NCBI GenBank assembly: GCA_051294375.1
Contig: JBJCIZ010000282.1
Span: 289,736 to 353,735, forward strand
Direction of reading: 5' to 3'
Length of the DNA stretch: 64,000 nucleotides
From: Paraspadella gotoi
Lineage: Eukaryota; Animalia; Chaetognatha
The translations under genes were made by a program, and so were the position numbers. The notes under the pieces are model-generated. The model was not told where the DNA came from. It saw only the letters and a list, made by a program, of their open reading frames with translations, and did not search any database. The stretch's first letter is position 1; each line of letters begins with the position of its first letter. Below, in pieces: positions 24,720 to 38,029 of the stretch.

Positions 24720-27700
24720 ACAATGTCGGATCTGCCCATGATCATTATTGGTAATTAAATAATTAATATTTAATTAATTAAAGTTATTTAATTAATTAGT
24801 CAATTAAATAATTAACTTGATAAGAAATGTTTGTTGTGATTGATTATAATAATTGATTGACTAATTGATTAATTGATAACAGCGTAATTCGCAAAACAAT
24901 TTCCACTAATAGTCGCATATAGAATAAAAAAATATTATAACAAACAAGTTTTTTTTGTAATGGGNNNNNNNNNNTAATATTAACAGCAATAATAAGATTT
25001 AAAATATTTTAAACATTACAATATTATAGTACTAATGGGGCACTTTTTTCTTTTAAAATGTAGTTTATTATCAGTTGATAATCACGAGCGACGAATGAAA
25101 NNNNNNNNNNNNNNNNNNNNNNNNNNNNNNNNNNNNNNNNNNNNNNNNNNNNNNNNNNNNNNNNNNNNNNNNNNNNNNNNNNNNNNNNNNNNNNNNNNNN
25201 NNNNNNNNNNNNNNNNNNNNNNNNNNNNNNNNNNNNNNNNNNNNNNNNNNNNNNNNNNNNNNNNNNNNNNNNNNNNNNNNNNNNNCCCCCCCCCAAGGAC
25301 GATGTCCCGATAGGAGATGGAGGATTGATCCAAATAGCGCAGCAGAGGACAACGAACCGCCCAACGTTGTTGGAATCTTTGGATCCGCAATAGCAGGCTG
25401 CGTGGCTTCATCATTGACTACAGGCTGTGGAGCCAGGAGTTGGCGAATGGGCGGCCAGCCATGTCTTGGTCCATGTCTTGATCCATGACTTGGAGGCGCC
25501 GCGTGGATGGTTGGGGTTCCGACCACGTTGGCGACGAAAGGTTTGAGGTGGTCAACCGAGACGTCATCGAGGCGGCCCGCGAATTCGAGGCAGAAGAATT
25601 TGGCGCAGTGAGAGATGATCTTGAATGCGCCGTCGTAGATTTAAGTCAAAGGACCACGATGTGCGTNNNNNNNNNNNNNNNNNNNNNNNNNNNNNNNNNN
25701 NNNNNNNNNNNNNNNNNNNNNNNNNNNNNNNNNNNNNNNNNNNNNNNNNNNNNNNNNNNNNNNNNNNNNNNNNNNNNNNNNNNNNNNNNNNNNNNNNNNN
25801 NNNNNAAATTGATCAGTTACAGGGTTTGGAAGCAAACCATAAAAATTTTTCTATGTTTACAAATAAACGCCTATTTCCTGAACCGTTTGAAGGATNNNNN
25901 NNNNNNNNNNNNNNNNNNNNNNNNNNNNNNNNNNNNNNNNNNNNNNNNNNNNNNNNNNNNNNNNNNNNNNNNNNNNNNNNNNNNNNNNNNNNNNNNNNNN
26001 NNNNNNNNNNNNNNNNNNNNNNNNNNNNNNNNNNNNNNNNNNNNNNNNNNNNNNNNNNNNNNNNNNNNNNNNNNNNNNNNNNNNNNNNNNNNNNNNNNNN
26101 NNNNNNNNNNNNNNNNNNNNNNNNNNNNNNNNNNNNNNNNNNNNNNNNNNNNNNNNNNNNNNNNNNTTTTTATTTTCATAGAAAAACGTACATGTTTCGG
26201 CTTTGATTCAAAGTTTGAATGCAAGCCTTCTTCAGCGTCAATGATTTGTGAAATTTTGNNNNNNNNNNTGTGTGAAAGAAGAGAGAGAGAGAAATAAAAA
26301 AGTTTCCAACACAGAGTTGAGAAAAGAATAGTGGTCAANNNNNNNNNNNNNNNNNNNNNNNNNNNNNNNNNNNNNNNNNNNNNNNNNNNNNNNNNNGAAA
26401 TGGTCAGAGTGAGAGAGATTGAGAGAGAGAGAGAGAAAATAATAATACATGTCAAATATACAATTAAAGTTTTTAAACTAAATAACAAGCATTAACAATT
26501 AACTACTTAATAGATAAATAAATAAATANNNNNNNNNNNNNNNNNNNNNNNNNNNNNNNNNNNNNNNNNNNNNNNNNNNNNNNNNNNNNNNNNNNNNNNN
26601 NNNNNNNNNNNNNNNNNNNNNNNNNNNNNNNNNNNNNNNNNNNNNNNNNNNNGTTTGGACAAATGAGAGGCTCGGGCGATGGGGCTCACTTTTATTTATC
26701 TATTAAGTAGTTAATTGTTAATGGCTGTTATTTAGTTTATAAACTTTAATTGTTGTACATTTGAAATGNNNNNNNNNNTTCTCTCTCCCTGTCTCTCTCT
26801 CTCTCTTTCTTTCAATCTCTCTCACTCTGACCATTTCATTTCTTATTCAACNNNNNNNNNNNNNNNNNNNNNNNNNNNNNNNNNNNNNNNNNNNNNNNNN
26901 NNNNNNNNNNNNNNNNNNNNNNNNNNNNNNNNNNNNNNNNNNNNNNNNNNNNNNNNNNNNCTCTCCCCCCCTTCTTTCACACAAAAAACTGTCCAAAATT
27001 TCACAATTCATTGACGCTGAAGAAGGCTTGCATTCAAAGCTGAAACAAGTACGTTTTTCTATGAAAATAAAAATTCGNNNNNNNNNNAAACCATTTTGCC
27101 TCTAAGTAAATTTAGTAAAACAAGTAATCTTACAATTTTCATAGTAAAATAGTATCTAAATGAATTTATGAATTAATTTANNNNNNNNNNNNNNNNNNNN
27201 NNNNNNNNNNNNNNNNNNNNNNNNNNNNNNNNNNNNNNNNNNNNNNNNNNNNNNNNNNNNNNNNNNNNNNNNNNNNNNNNNNNNNNNNNNNNNNNNNNNN
27301 NNNNNNNNNNNNNNNNNNNNNNNNNNNNNNNNNNNNNNNNNNNNNNNNNNNNNNNNNNNNNNNNNNNNNNNNNNNTTTATAAATCATAACTTTCTTTTCC
27401 TTGTGTTTTTAGATTAAGTGAGAAAAACAAAGCTTCTTTGTTAAACAATTGTTTAATGAAAAGTTTTTAGGGTTTTCAGTTTAAAAAAAAATTATTTAAG
27501 GAGACAAATAATTTATTTGCAACAATTTTATTATGAGACGAACATGTTTCGCCTCACAATTTGAGCCTTCATCAGCGTCAAAGTTTTTTTAAAAAATATT
27601 AAATTGATTAACTTAAACCATTAAAAGTAATCAAATATTTTCATTACCATGATTAAAATATATTATCTTAAAAAAACAGTAAATTATGATTTTTAAATAT

Positions 27701-29873
27701 TAAAAATAACTATTTAGACATTTTAGCCTTTCAACACCCTTGGCTNNNNNNNNNNACTAATATTTTTTAATAAATGTTTTAAAAAGAGTTAAATAGGATA
27801 AATTAAANNNNNNNNNNTAAGTAATTAACTTGATTAATGATTATTATATTAAAAAGTTAACTGAAAAAAGCTAAAAAATACTAAGAAATGGTGAATTTCA
27901 ATATTTTGGTTTTACAACACCCCTGGCTCGGGCGANNNNNNNNNNTTTTAAATAAAACTTTTTTAAGAGAGCTTGGAAGAGCTTGGAAAAACGNNNNNNN
28001 NNNCACCGAGACTGGTTATCAAAGTAAAATATTGTCGGATTCAAATGTGTCTAGTATATATTATAATATATATAGTAGGGCGGGCCAAAATTGAACACTT
28101 TTTATTTTTATAACTTATAACTAATGCCATAATCGGCCTTCCTGGAGATCAATGCCCTCTGGAGGCCTCTGGGAAAACGAAGAGCAAGGTTTTTTTTAAA
28201 TAATTAAGGGAAAAAAGAAGAGGAACGAAATGGAACGGAAGAGGATAANNNNNNNNNNNNNNNNNNNNNNNNNNNNNNNNNNNNNNNNNNNNNNNNNNNN
28301 NNNNNNNNNNNNNNNNNNNNNNNNNNNNNNNNNNNNNNNNNNNNNNNNNNNNNNNNNNNNNNNNNNNNNNNNNNNNNNNNNNNNNNNNNNNNNNNNNNNN
28401 NNNNNNNNNNNNNNNNNNNNNNNNNNNNNNNNAAAATTAAGGTTACAATAAATTATGGTTAAAAATAAATTACGAATAAGTGTAAATTAACTAGAAAAAT
28501 AAATTAAGGTTAAAAAAGTTGGGGTAAGTTAAGGTTAGGGGTGTAGAAGACGAAGAATGTAATAATAAATATGAAGAGAGNNNNNNNNNNNNNNNNNNNN
28601 NNNNNNNNNNNNNNNNNNNNNNNNNNNNNNNNNNNNNNNNNNNNNNNNNNNNNNNNNNNNNNNNNNNNNNNNNNNNNNNNNNNNNNNNNNNNNNNNNNNN
28701 NNNNNNNNNNNNNNNNNNNNNNNNNNNNNNNNNNNNNNNNNNNNNNNNNNNNNNNNNNNNCTCGAAGAAAGAGGAGAGAGGAAGGGTTTAGAGAGAGACC
28801 AGTGGTAAGTCGCCTCAGGGGTAAGTTTGGGTTAGGGGTAAGTTAGGGGTAGAGGTAANNNNNNNNNNGGGGTAAGTTTGGGTTAGGGGTAAGTTAGCGG
28901 TAAATTAGAGTTAAATTTAAAATTAAGTTTCGGCTTAAATATACAATANNNNNNNNNNNNNNNNNNNNNNNNNNNNNNNNNNNNNNNNNNNNNNNNNNNN
29001 NNNNNNNNNNNNNNNNNNNNNNNNNNNNNNNNNNNNNNNNNNNNNNNNNNNNNNNNNNNNNNNNNNNNNNNNNNNNNNNNNNNNNNNNNNNNNNNNNNNN
29101 NNNNNNNNNNNNNNNNNNNNNNNNNNNNNNNNNNNNNNNNNNNNNNNNNNNNNNNNNNNNNNNNNNNNNNNNNNNNNNNNNNNNNNNNNNNNNNNNNNNN
29201 NNNNNNNNNNNNNNNNNNNNNNNNNNNNNNNNNNNNNNNNNNNNNNNNNNNNNNNNNNNNNNNNNNNNNNNNNNNNNNNNNNNNNNNNNNNNNNNNNNNN
29301 NNNNNNNNNNNNNNNNNNNNNNNNNNNNNNNNNNNNNNNNNNNNNNNNNNNNNNNNNNNNNNNNNNNNNNNNNNNNNNNNNNNNNNNNNNNNNNNNNNNN
29401 NNNNNNNNNNNNNNNNNNNNNNNNNNNNNNNNNNNNNNNNAAACGTTTTTAATATCATTGTTGTTACGATCTTAAATTTTTTTTTCCGTAAACAAACAAA
29501 CTTTATTTTTTCCTCTTCTTTCTCGTTTTCCCATAAGCCTCCAGAGGGAATTCAACTCCGGGNNNNNNNNNNNNNNNNNNNNNCACAGGGATATATTACA
29601 GAACTCTTAGTTTTTACCTTGTTTCACCTTAAATTGATAAGCTCTGGCGTGTCCCGTTGACCGGTGGCAGGGCATCTATCTCGCACTGCAGGGCTTGCAG
29701 CAGCGCGTCGGCATCGGGCGGCAGTCCGGGACAAATTCGGCGGGTCGTCGAGAAAGAAATCCCGGATCTTCCGTGCCACTTCTTCATTCAAGGCCATGAC
29801 CTCATCGTGATACTTTGTCAAGGAGACCAAAATATTCTTGACCGCCAGTTGAACTCGGCCCGGATGAACCGAT
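24720..29873 (-). repeat. Inverted, gap-ridden second copy of the element E interior
   Basis: Reverse complement of ~14190-19262, including all three HHRs and the Gypsy fragment. Confidence 0.9.
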
Positions 29874-31873
29874 AATTCGCGCCTTGGAATGGATCGGATC
29901 CGGATCTGGAGCATCCGGACAGGCCCGAGTTCAACTAGCGCGTGTCAAGAATACGTCTCTTGGTCTCCTTCGACCAAAGGTATCACGATGAGGGTCATGG
30001 CCTTGGACATGAAGAAGCCATGGCACGGCAAGATCCTCGGGATTATCTTTCTTCGACCGACGCCGCCCGAATTTGCTCGACCGGACTGCGCCCGATGCCN
30101 NNNNNNNNNNNNNNNNNNNNNNNNGAGGAGAGGAGAGAAGAGGAGGACTGGTGGTTCTGGTCGTTGAGGTAAGTTACCGAGTGATTATGAAGGAGGATAG
30201 AAATTGATTCATGTCCAAAACTCTCACCTTTCGCAGCGGAAGTTTTTTCTCTACCAGAAGAAATGGTAAGTTTTAAAAAAAGGGAAAGTTTTTAAAAGCG
30301 AAAAAAACCTAGAAAAATTGAAAGGATTAGGTAAAATTTACATAAAGAGTAAAAGATACGCCCAAAAAAAAAAAACAATTCAGTTATCGAATTTAGATAA
30401 CTGTGCGGAGTAAATATAGTATTTTCTCGATCTAATACCGTTACTCCTCTTTATATAATTTTATGGAAATTTATATATTCACAGGCCACTAACCTGTGTG
30501 AGAGTCTTGATTAAAAACGGAATAGCCTTTCAAAGTCAGAGGGCAAGAGAGGTCCATCTATTGAATAAAGGGATAACTTTTTATTGGGTTGTACAAATTT
30601 AAAACGCATATTTGAAAAACAAAAATTAAGCATCTAAGGAAATAAAGTGATGTAAACATTGGAAACGGTGAGCATTGAAACGAAAAAAAAAAATCATAAA
30701 GGAAGAAGGAAAATGAATCAGCAATAAAGAAAAAAAAGCAAAAGATCAAACAATGACAATGAGAAAACGAGGAAAAAGTTTAAAACAGAAAGAAAAAAAA
30801 GAGAAGAATTGAGCAACAAGAAAATTGTGTTCACGCCTCTCTCTCTTCTCTCTCCCTCTCCTCTCCCTCTCTCTCTTTTTCTTCTGTCTCTCCTCCCCAC
30901 CATCCCGTGTTAATGACCTCTTCTTCTTCTTTTCTAGGTCCATCTCCCAAACTCCTTTTTCTTTCGGGTTCGGTCTCCTGAGGTTATTCCTGGCAGCGGA
31001 TGCGGCGTGAATGCAGAGGCAGCCGCCGAGTCGTTGATGGCGGGAAACGACCCCACGTGAAAACGAGGTGCGTACAGGGTGACCTAATGTTACTGAAAAA
31101 TAAAAAGTATTGCTGGATGAACACCTCAAGTACTACTAGTATGACTACTATTAGTACTAGTCACTACTCAATAGTAGTATACCTGATTAAAACACGATTA
31201 AAATTTGAGATTGTTTTTGTTCTTTCCTTGCCATAAGGAAAATGAAAAATTTAAAGTTAATTTATTAATTGAAAAAACAATAAATTTCTAATAAATTAAA
31301 TAATTTATTCTTTAAGTCATTAATTTTTTATAGCAAGTGAAGACCAAAAACAATTTAAATTCATACTAAAACTCCTTGCCGGGATTTATTTCTCTGAAAA
31401 CACTAATATAAAATTCCATTGTAGTGTATGGAACAAATTTTTAAAAAATTATTAAGTTAAACTTATTACTGATAAAATTAATGTAAGTTAATGGTAAAAT
31501 AATTTTTTATCGATTTTACCAAATCGGCTAACAATTTTATTATGAATAATTATTTCATTGTAGATGAAAGGCAGAGAAAAAATTATTCTTCGACATGATT
31601 ATTTCCAAGAGATGATGGAGAGCAGCGATACATTTAGTAAATTAAGACATGATATCTAAAAATTGTACGGGTCGATCGATTGGAACACACTGTATGGAGT
31701 TAAGATGAAAGAGACTGCGGGTAAAGAAAGAGAGGGAGTGCATCCGGAAACAGAGATGGAGTGGGACACGAACGAGCCATACTGGTTCAGACTTGACAAC
31801 AGGCAGACTTAATTGAGTCTTCACAAAAACAATTAGATATAATATGGTGGACTAAAATCCACCTACGTTCATC

Positions 31874-32050
31874 GGTGGCCCATTGGTGGCCGGAGGCAAG
31901 TCATTCGCCTCCAAAACCAAAGGTCCGGGGTTCATGAGCCCGGTGGTCGCCAGGCACGTTAGAAGTACGGGGCGCTTAACCCGCCTGTTACTGGTGTTTA
32001 CAGCCGGATCTCGAAGCTCAGGGACTGCTTTACATTTGAACGGGTTCTGT
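31874..32050 (+). mobile_element. tRNA-derived SINE-like head or tRNA pseudogene
   Basis: A-box-like TGGCCGGAGG, CCA anticodon-like loop (cgcctccaaaacc), T-arm ccggg-GTTCatgag-cccgg, acceptor pairing ggtggcc/ggtcgcc ending CCA. Imperfect cloverleaf; 3' limit is a guess. Confidence 0.55.
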
Positions 32051-33925
32051 CTTTAACACTTTCAATAACGGTATGGTCGTTACTAATTTCCTAACTAATG
32101 TTTGAAACTGTCAGATTATACCTAGAAGAAACACTTCTAGAATTCGAGCAAAGTTTAAAAAATGGGGGTCTTATTATTCTCAGAATGTCCCATTTTATCT
32201 TGTTCGAATTAATTAAATATTAGCAGGGATTAGGTTAGTATTACACTTATATAGGGACTTGGTTAGTGACTAGCATTTAGGGTAAAAGATTAGGTATGAG
32301 GGTTTAGGATTAGAGTTCCGGATTAGTTAGGGTTTGGGATTAGGAATCTGAGTTAAGGACTGCTTAACAAGTTTAAAAATATATTCGGTTTAAATGTTAA
32401 AGTTAAAATTAAATAATGCTCTAAATGATAAAGAGAGCCAAAAAAAAAATTTTTGACTCAAAATTTCAGACAAAAATACACCAAAAAAAAAAATTATTAA
32501 AAAAAAAAGTGAAGGAAAAGAAATTGAAAGAATAAAAAAAGTGGGTTTTCCATTAAGACGCGACGAACCGGAACTTCTCCGACGCCAAACCAAAAAAAGA
32601 AAATTCCAATCGAATTTCTACAATTTTTTTTTTGAGGCGGAAAAACAGTTTGTTTCTCCGAAGAGAGGAGGGATGTATTGGGGGTGGGGGGGTGTGAGGA
32701 AGGGGAGGAAGGTATGAGTGTAGCCTCTCTCTGTTCTCAGAGTGGCCCATTTCTGTTGCTTTATTCCTGAATTTGATTTTAATCTTGGTAATAGACTAAT
32801 TATGTTTCTTTGATTTTCTAACCCGATTCCCAGACCTATCTTAAATTATAAGAGTCATTAACCCTGACCCTAAATGCTTTCCGCAAATTTCTACCCTATT
32901 CACTAACTTTTAAACCCTAATTTCTAATCTATAACTAACCCAATCCCTAACCATAATCATTCGACTAATATCTAATCACTAATCTCTAATACACTTAATC
33001 AACTAACGCTAAACTTCCCTAACCTAATTTTAAAAATAAAAGAATTAACCTTATTCCGAATTACGGATTAAACGGGCGTTCTTAGAAATATGGCTTCCTT
33101 CATTGGGAAGTTTGCGTGGGATTGGGTGGCAGAGAAAATCATAATAGGAAAAAGAAAAAAAGTGAGATCAAAACGAGCAGAACAGAATACTGTCATGGTA
33201 ATGGGTATGGGGAAATAAAAGGAAGAGAGAAGGAAAGAGAATTGGGATTTGAGTACAGGGTGAATGTAAAGAGAAATTAAGGGAGAGAGAGAGAAGGGAG
33301 AAGAGAAGAGAGAGAGAGAGAAAGAGAATGACACATGACGCAGAATGGTAAAAGTTGAAGTGGAGAACTAAAACGTCGGACAAAAGAAGTACAGAAGGTC
33401 ACTGATTAACAAATGAACAAATTTGGAAAAAAATAGAATTTGATGCGATGATGATGAAATGATGATGACGATGATGATGATGAGTATGACGATGATGAAT
33501 ATGGATTGAACTTTTGAAAGAAGCTGCTGCTCACGACGATGGGAAAATTCAGTCAGGGAGCCGAACCTGAAAGTATGATTATAAATGATTATAAATGATT
33601 ATAACTTCAAAGAACCAAAAACGTCTACAACTAAGAATGAAACGACGACGACGACGACGACGACAAAAACGAAGGAAAGCGAAAAGGCTGATCTCGATCT
33701 GTTTCTTGAGTAACGGAGTGGCCAGGCCAGCCGACCTGGTCAGTGTTAGTGATCAGTGATTCAACCTCTCCCCTCTTCCCCCCTTCAATTTTCCCCCTTC
33801 CCTCTCTCCCTCCTCTCTCTCACTCTATCTTTCCCACCCTTTTTAAAACGACATTCTGCTGCAAGCCTCTCAAAGCACTGTTGTCAGCTTTGAGAGTGAG
33901 TTAGTCCCCTCGTGGACGAAGGCCT

Positions 33926-34020
33926 GTCAAGTCAAGTTCAAGTCAAGTCAAGTCAAGTCAGTCAAGTCAACGTCAAGTCAGTCAAGTCAAGTCAAGTCAA
34001 GTCAAGTCAAGTCAAGTCAA
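33926..34020 (+). repeat. (GTCAA)n pentanucleotide microsatellite
   Basis: Tandem gtcaa units seen directly. Confidence 0.95.
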
Positions 34021-34702
34021 CAAAAACGACGAGACGACAGCAACGACACAGCTGAGCTATCGGAGAATTTCGACGAAAAAAATTCTCTTTTCTGTTTTTT
34101 TCTCTCTATGTTTTTTTTTTTTCTTTTTTTCTCTGTTTTGTTTTTTTTTGGCTCAGTTTGTCTGTTTTTCGTTTGTTTTTATCTTTTCTATTTTTTTTCA
34201 GTTTCCTTCAATATATTTTTGCTGACCGCCGTCTGCTCAGCGGAAGACACGACGACGACGACGACGACACGACGACGACGAGCTGACAACGACGACGACG
34301 TATGGCCGGACACTACATGACGAAAAGGCTGACAAGAATGCAAAGACAAAGTTTTATTCCATATAACCGCAGGGAATAGACGGATAGATTTTAATTTATC
34401 AAGCAGCTTGCCCTATTGGCTTTTCTGTCTTTCAATCTCAATGAGCAATCAGGGAGTTTAGAGGAGGTTTAGAAAAGGTTTTAGGGAGTTTTAGATTGGC
34501 AAAATTTTAAAATAAATACCTATATTATACCTATAAGTAATTATAAACAAAACAAAACGATCAACGACTTGGAAAAAAGAAAATAACGGTGAATCGGTCA
34601 AAAAGTCTTGTCGTGAAAAAATCTTTGTTTGGCCACGTTCACAAAATCAAGCCCCGCGGGAATTCTTGACTTCTCTCTCCTCTCTCTGCTCTCTCTCTCT
34701 CT

Positions 34703-34705
<3 letters not shown>

Positions 34706-34751
<46 letters not shown>

Positions 34752-34799
34752 TATATTATTATTATTATATTATTATTATTATTATTTTTATTATTATTA
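34706..34799 (+). repeat. (ATT)n microsatellite
   Basis: Seen directly. Confidence 0.95.
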
Positions 34800-35023
34800 C
34801 GAAAACACAAACTGTTCATAATAAAGGACCTATAAAATACAAACAAAAACATTCACAGAATAATGACAAAATGAATTCGGCGCGAAACTCACGGCATAAA
34901 TCGGCTAAGTGAAGTCGAGGGGGGGGTAGGGGCAGGGGGGCGCCGTTGGGAGCAGGGGGGGCAAATGGGGGGGTAGGAGAGGCGGGGAAAAAAAGAAAGG
35001 GATGACCGAGCGGTCAGCGGGTC

Positions 35024-35062
35024 AGAGAGAGAGAATGAAGAGAGAGAAAGAGAGAGAGAGAG

Positions 35063-35103
<41 letters not shown>
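35024..35103 (+). repeat. (GA)n microsatellite
   Basis: Seen directly. Confidence 0.95.
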
Positions 35104-35106
<3 letters not shown>

Positions 35107-36134
35107 TTTGCCTCTTTATGCTGCCTTTCCTTAGTTTTTCCCCCCATTGGGCTTTTACTTGACTTCCGTGACATGAAATTGGTTACATACTAATACTTAC
35201 TATACATTTAAAGTCTCTCTCTCTCTCTCTCTCCTCGCTCTCTCTCTTCTCTTTCCCGCTCTCTCTTCTATGCAATCTCATAATAGCGCTTTTTTTTCTT
35301 TCTTTCTTTCCTTCCGTATCGCCTCGAAGAACTTGTAGCGCGGACAACAGCTACGCAGCACAAACCGCTTACGCAGCACGCTACAATCGTACGTCGCAAG
35401 GCGAAGAGGACGCTTTCGCACATCATGCCATTTAGACCTCGCGCTACGCCCTGCGCCTCGAGCCTTAAGCGCGCGCGCTACGCAGCTCCCATTTTAAACG
35501 CCGCTCAGCCCGCTTGGCCATTTAGCAACCCGCGCCTACCGCAGCTAAATTATCCCGCTACGCTGTGCCAATGGGACGCCGTCGGTGATTTTCAACGACG
35601 CCGAAGAAAACAATCTCATCGTTTTATTTTTGTTTTTCCCTCTGATCGTCGACTCTTTTTGTTTTTTTTGTTTGTTTTTTTTTTTTTTAAGGCGCGTTTT
35701 TTTGAAAATCGTTTTCATGTTGTCGTTTCATCGGGTGGTTGTTCATTCATTCATAATGTAACTTACTTTATTTATTCATAAATTCATTTATTTTTTCATT
35801 GATTATATTCATTTATTAATTATTTATTCATTAATTAATAATAATCTCATTTTTTATTCAAATATTGATTCTTCATCGAACATTTATTTCATTATTCATT
35901 ATTTCTTCAACTGAGATTTATTTCATTCATTCATTCATTCATTGATTCATCAACATTTCATCGTTCCATTCACTCGCCCTGGGTCTTTTTTTCCTCTTCG
36001 ACTCTGTTTTCTTTTTTTCTCACTGTTATCATTTTGAGCCAGTTGGGGGCGAAAAAGTGTTTCCTTCCCCTCTATCTTATCTGACAGTCGTCTGCTCTTC
36101 TCTTCTCGTCATACTTATGCTAATATCCCCTCCT

Positions 36135-37298
36135 TAGGAGTCACGTCGTTCTTAGAAATCGAGGAAGACTTTTTCAATGGAGATTTCGTAAAATCTGACT
36201 ACCAATAATGTCAACGCCCTGGGAAAAATTCCAGATAAAAAATAGATGTAAAAACACCGATTCCGACCTTTACACAAGGGTCGCATTTTTTTTCTCTTGA
36301 CAAATTAGACCATTTTTTGACATCAAACCATCAGATTCAAATGGACTGGTCCGCTCGGGAAAATATTTTCCATGCTTATTTTTATATAGTAAAATAAAGG
36401 GATTTCTTAACTTCAATACAATGTCAACGCATTAAGTATGTTGTCATTTTACAATTAAACTTCAAATTCAGGAATCCGATAGCCTTATGTCTGAGGGCTC
36501 GCAAAATTTTTTTTTTCTTGTTATTTAGTCATTTACAATCTAAGGTCAGGTTCAAAGGAAATAGTCCAGTTATTATCGCGAATTTTTATTTAACATAAAA
36601 ATAAAGAAAGAGAAAATGAAAGTTTTTTTTAATACGAAACTAAAAGGAAAATCTTTTCGCATCAGGTTAACTAGCAAAAACGATGTTCTTTTTTTTCCTG
36701 TTTATCTTGAATCAGCACTGGACAAGGTGCAGCAGCGGCTCGAGGACTTACAAGCACAGCAGCAGTGGCAGAAGTGCGAGGCAGAGTTGCCAGAGCCAGA
36801 GATAATTAGCGCCCTTGGAATGGATCGGATCCGGATCTGGAGCTGCTCTGCAACTCTGCCCCACTCTGCCACTGCTGCTGTCGCTTTAAGTCCCGAGCCG
36901 CTGCTGCACTTGTCAGCTGATTCAAGATAAACAGGAAAAAAAAGAACATCGTTTTTGCTAGTAACCTGATGAAAAAGATTTTCCTTTAGTTTCGTATTAA
37001 ATAAAAATTTCATTCTTCTCTTCTTTATTTTTATGTTAAATAAAAATTTCGCGATAATAACTGGACTATTTCACTTTTAACCTGACCTTAGATTGTAAAT
37101 GACTAAATAACAAGAAAAAAAAAATTTTGCGAGCCCTCAGACATAAGGCTATCGGATTCCTGAATTTGAAGTTTAATTGTAAAATGACAACATACTTAAT
37201 GCGTTGACATTGTATTGAAGTTAAGAAATCCCTTTATTTTATATATAAAAATAGCATGGAAAATATTTTCCCGAGCGGACCAGTCCATTTGAATCTGA
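36135..37298. repeat. Left end of element E forming a fold-back palindrome (arms ~36330-36800 / 36838-37298)
   Basis: 36135-36800 matches 13454-14158; 36838-37298 is the reverse complement of its distal part; loop of ~31 nt. Confidence 0.9.
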
Positions 37299-38029
37299 NN
37301 NNNNNNNNNNNNNNNNNNNNNNNNNNNNNNNNNNNNNNNNNNNNNNNNNNNNNNNNNNNNNNNNNNNNNNNNNNNNNNNNNNNNNNNNNNNNNNNNNNCC
37401 GCCGCCGATGAAAATGATGACGAAGCTGGAAATGATAAATTTCAGCGCGGAGAAAGTCAGGTTAGAAATTTGGCAAAGTCAAAATAGCCTTTTTGGTCGT
37501 GCGTTAATCAGTGCCGAGTTTAAGCGCTTGAAAATTTGCTGCCTTTCCGCGGAAAAGAAAAGGTCGGGAAAATTCGAGTTTAGATTCGCCGTGTTGCTGG
37601 TTTTTTCAACATGGAAATTTAAAAAAGGAGAAATTCATTCCAATTTGCGGAGGCTCATGCCCGGATGGCCACCGCCATCAATTTAAAGTTTCACGTCAAC
37701 TCTAAGAAGAAAAATTGGAAACAGGTACGGCCATTGCCCAATGGAAATGATTATTATTATTGGTTCAAATTATTGCCTAGAGACTGAATTTTTCATGTTG
37801 TGACTCTCAATACAATAAATATGAGTTTGTCATGTGACGAATGACACAAGAACAAAATATGACATTTGCTTGGATTGAGACATTTCGCCGCTGATTTGAA
37901 AAATAAAAACTTTGTCACACTTTAGAAGAAATTAAAGTGATGAGTGGTTGCTCTTTATGATTGTTATAAAAGATTATTATGTTTACAAGTCGTCATGGCC
38001 AGTGGTAGCGCCATGTTTGTTTTTATACA

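Noticed and set aside
24325-24720. ORFs in a GA-rich stretch
   Set aside because: Looks like low-quality read noise bridging two oppositely oriented pieces of element E.
25024-29458. Long ORFs in the supplied track that run through X residues
   Set aside because: Artefacts of N gaps lacking stop codons.
32220-33030. Head-to-head degenerate TTAGG(G)/CCTAA tracts resembling a telomere fusion
   Set aside because: Too degenerate, with no pure arrays and ~450 bp of unrelated sequence between them.
36801-36837. Hairpin loop as an untrimmed PacBio SMRTbell adapter or a protelomerase hairpin telomere
   Set aside because: The loop does not match the SMRTbell adapter and also occurs linearly at ~14160; no protelomerase or other recombinase gene is visible in the window.
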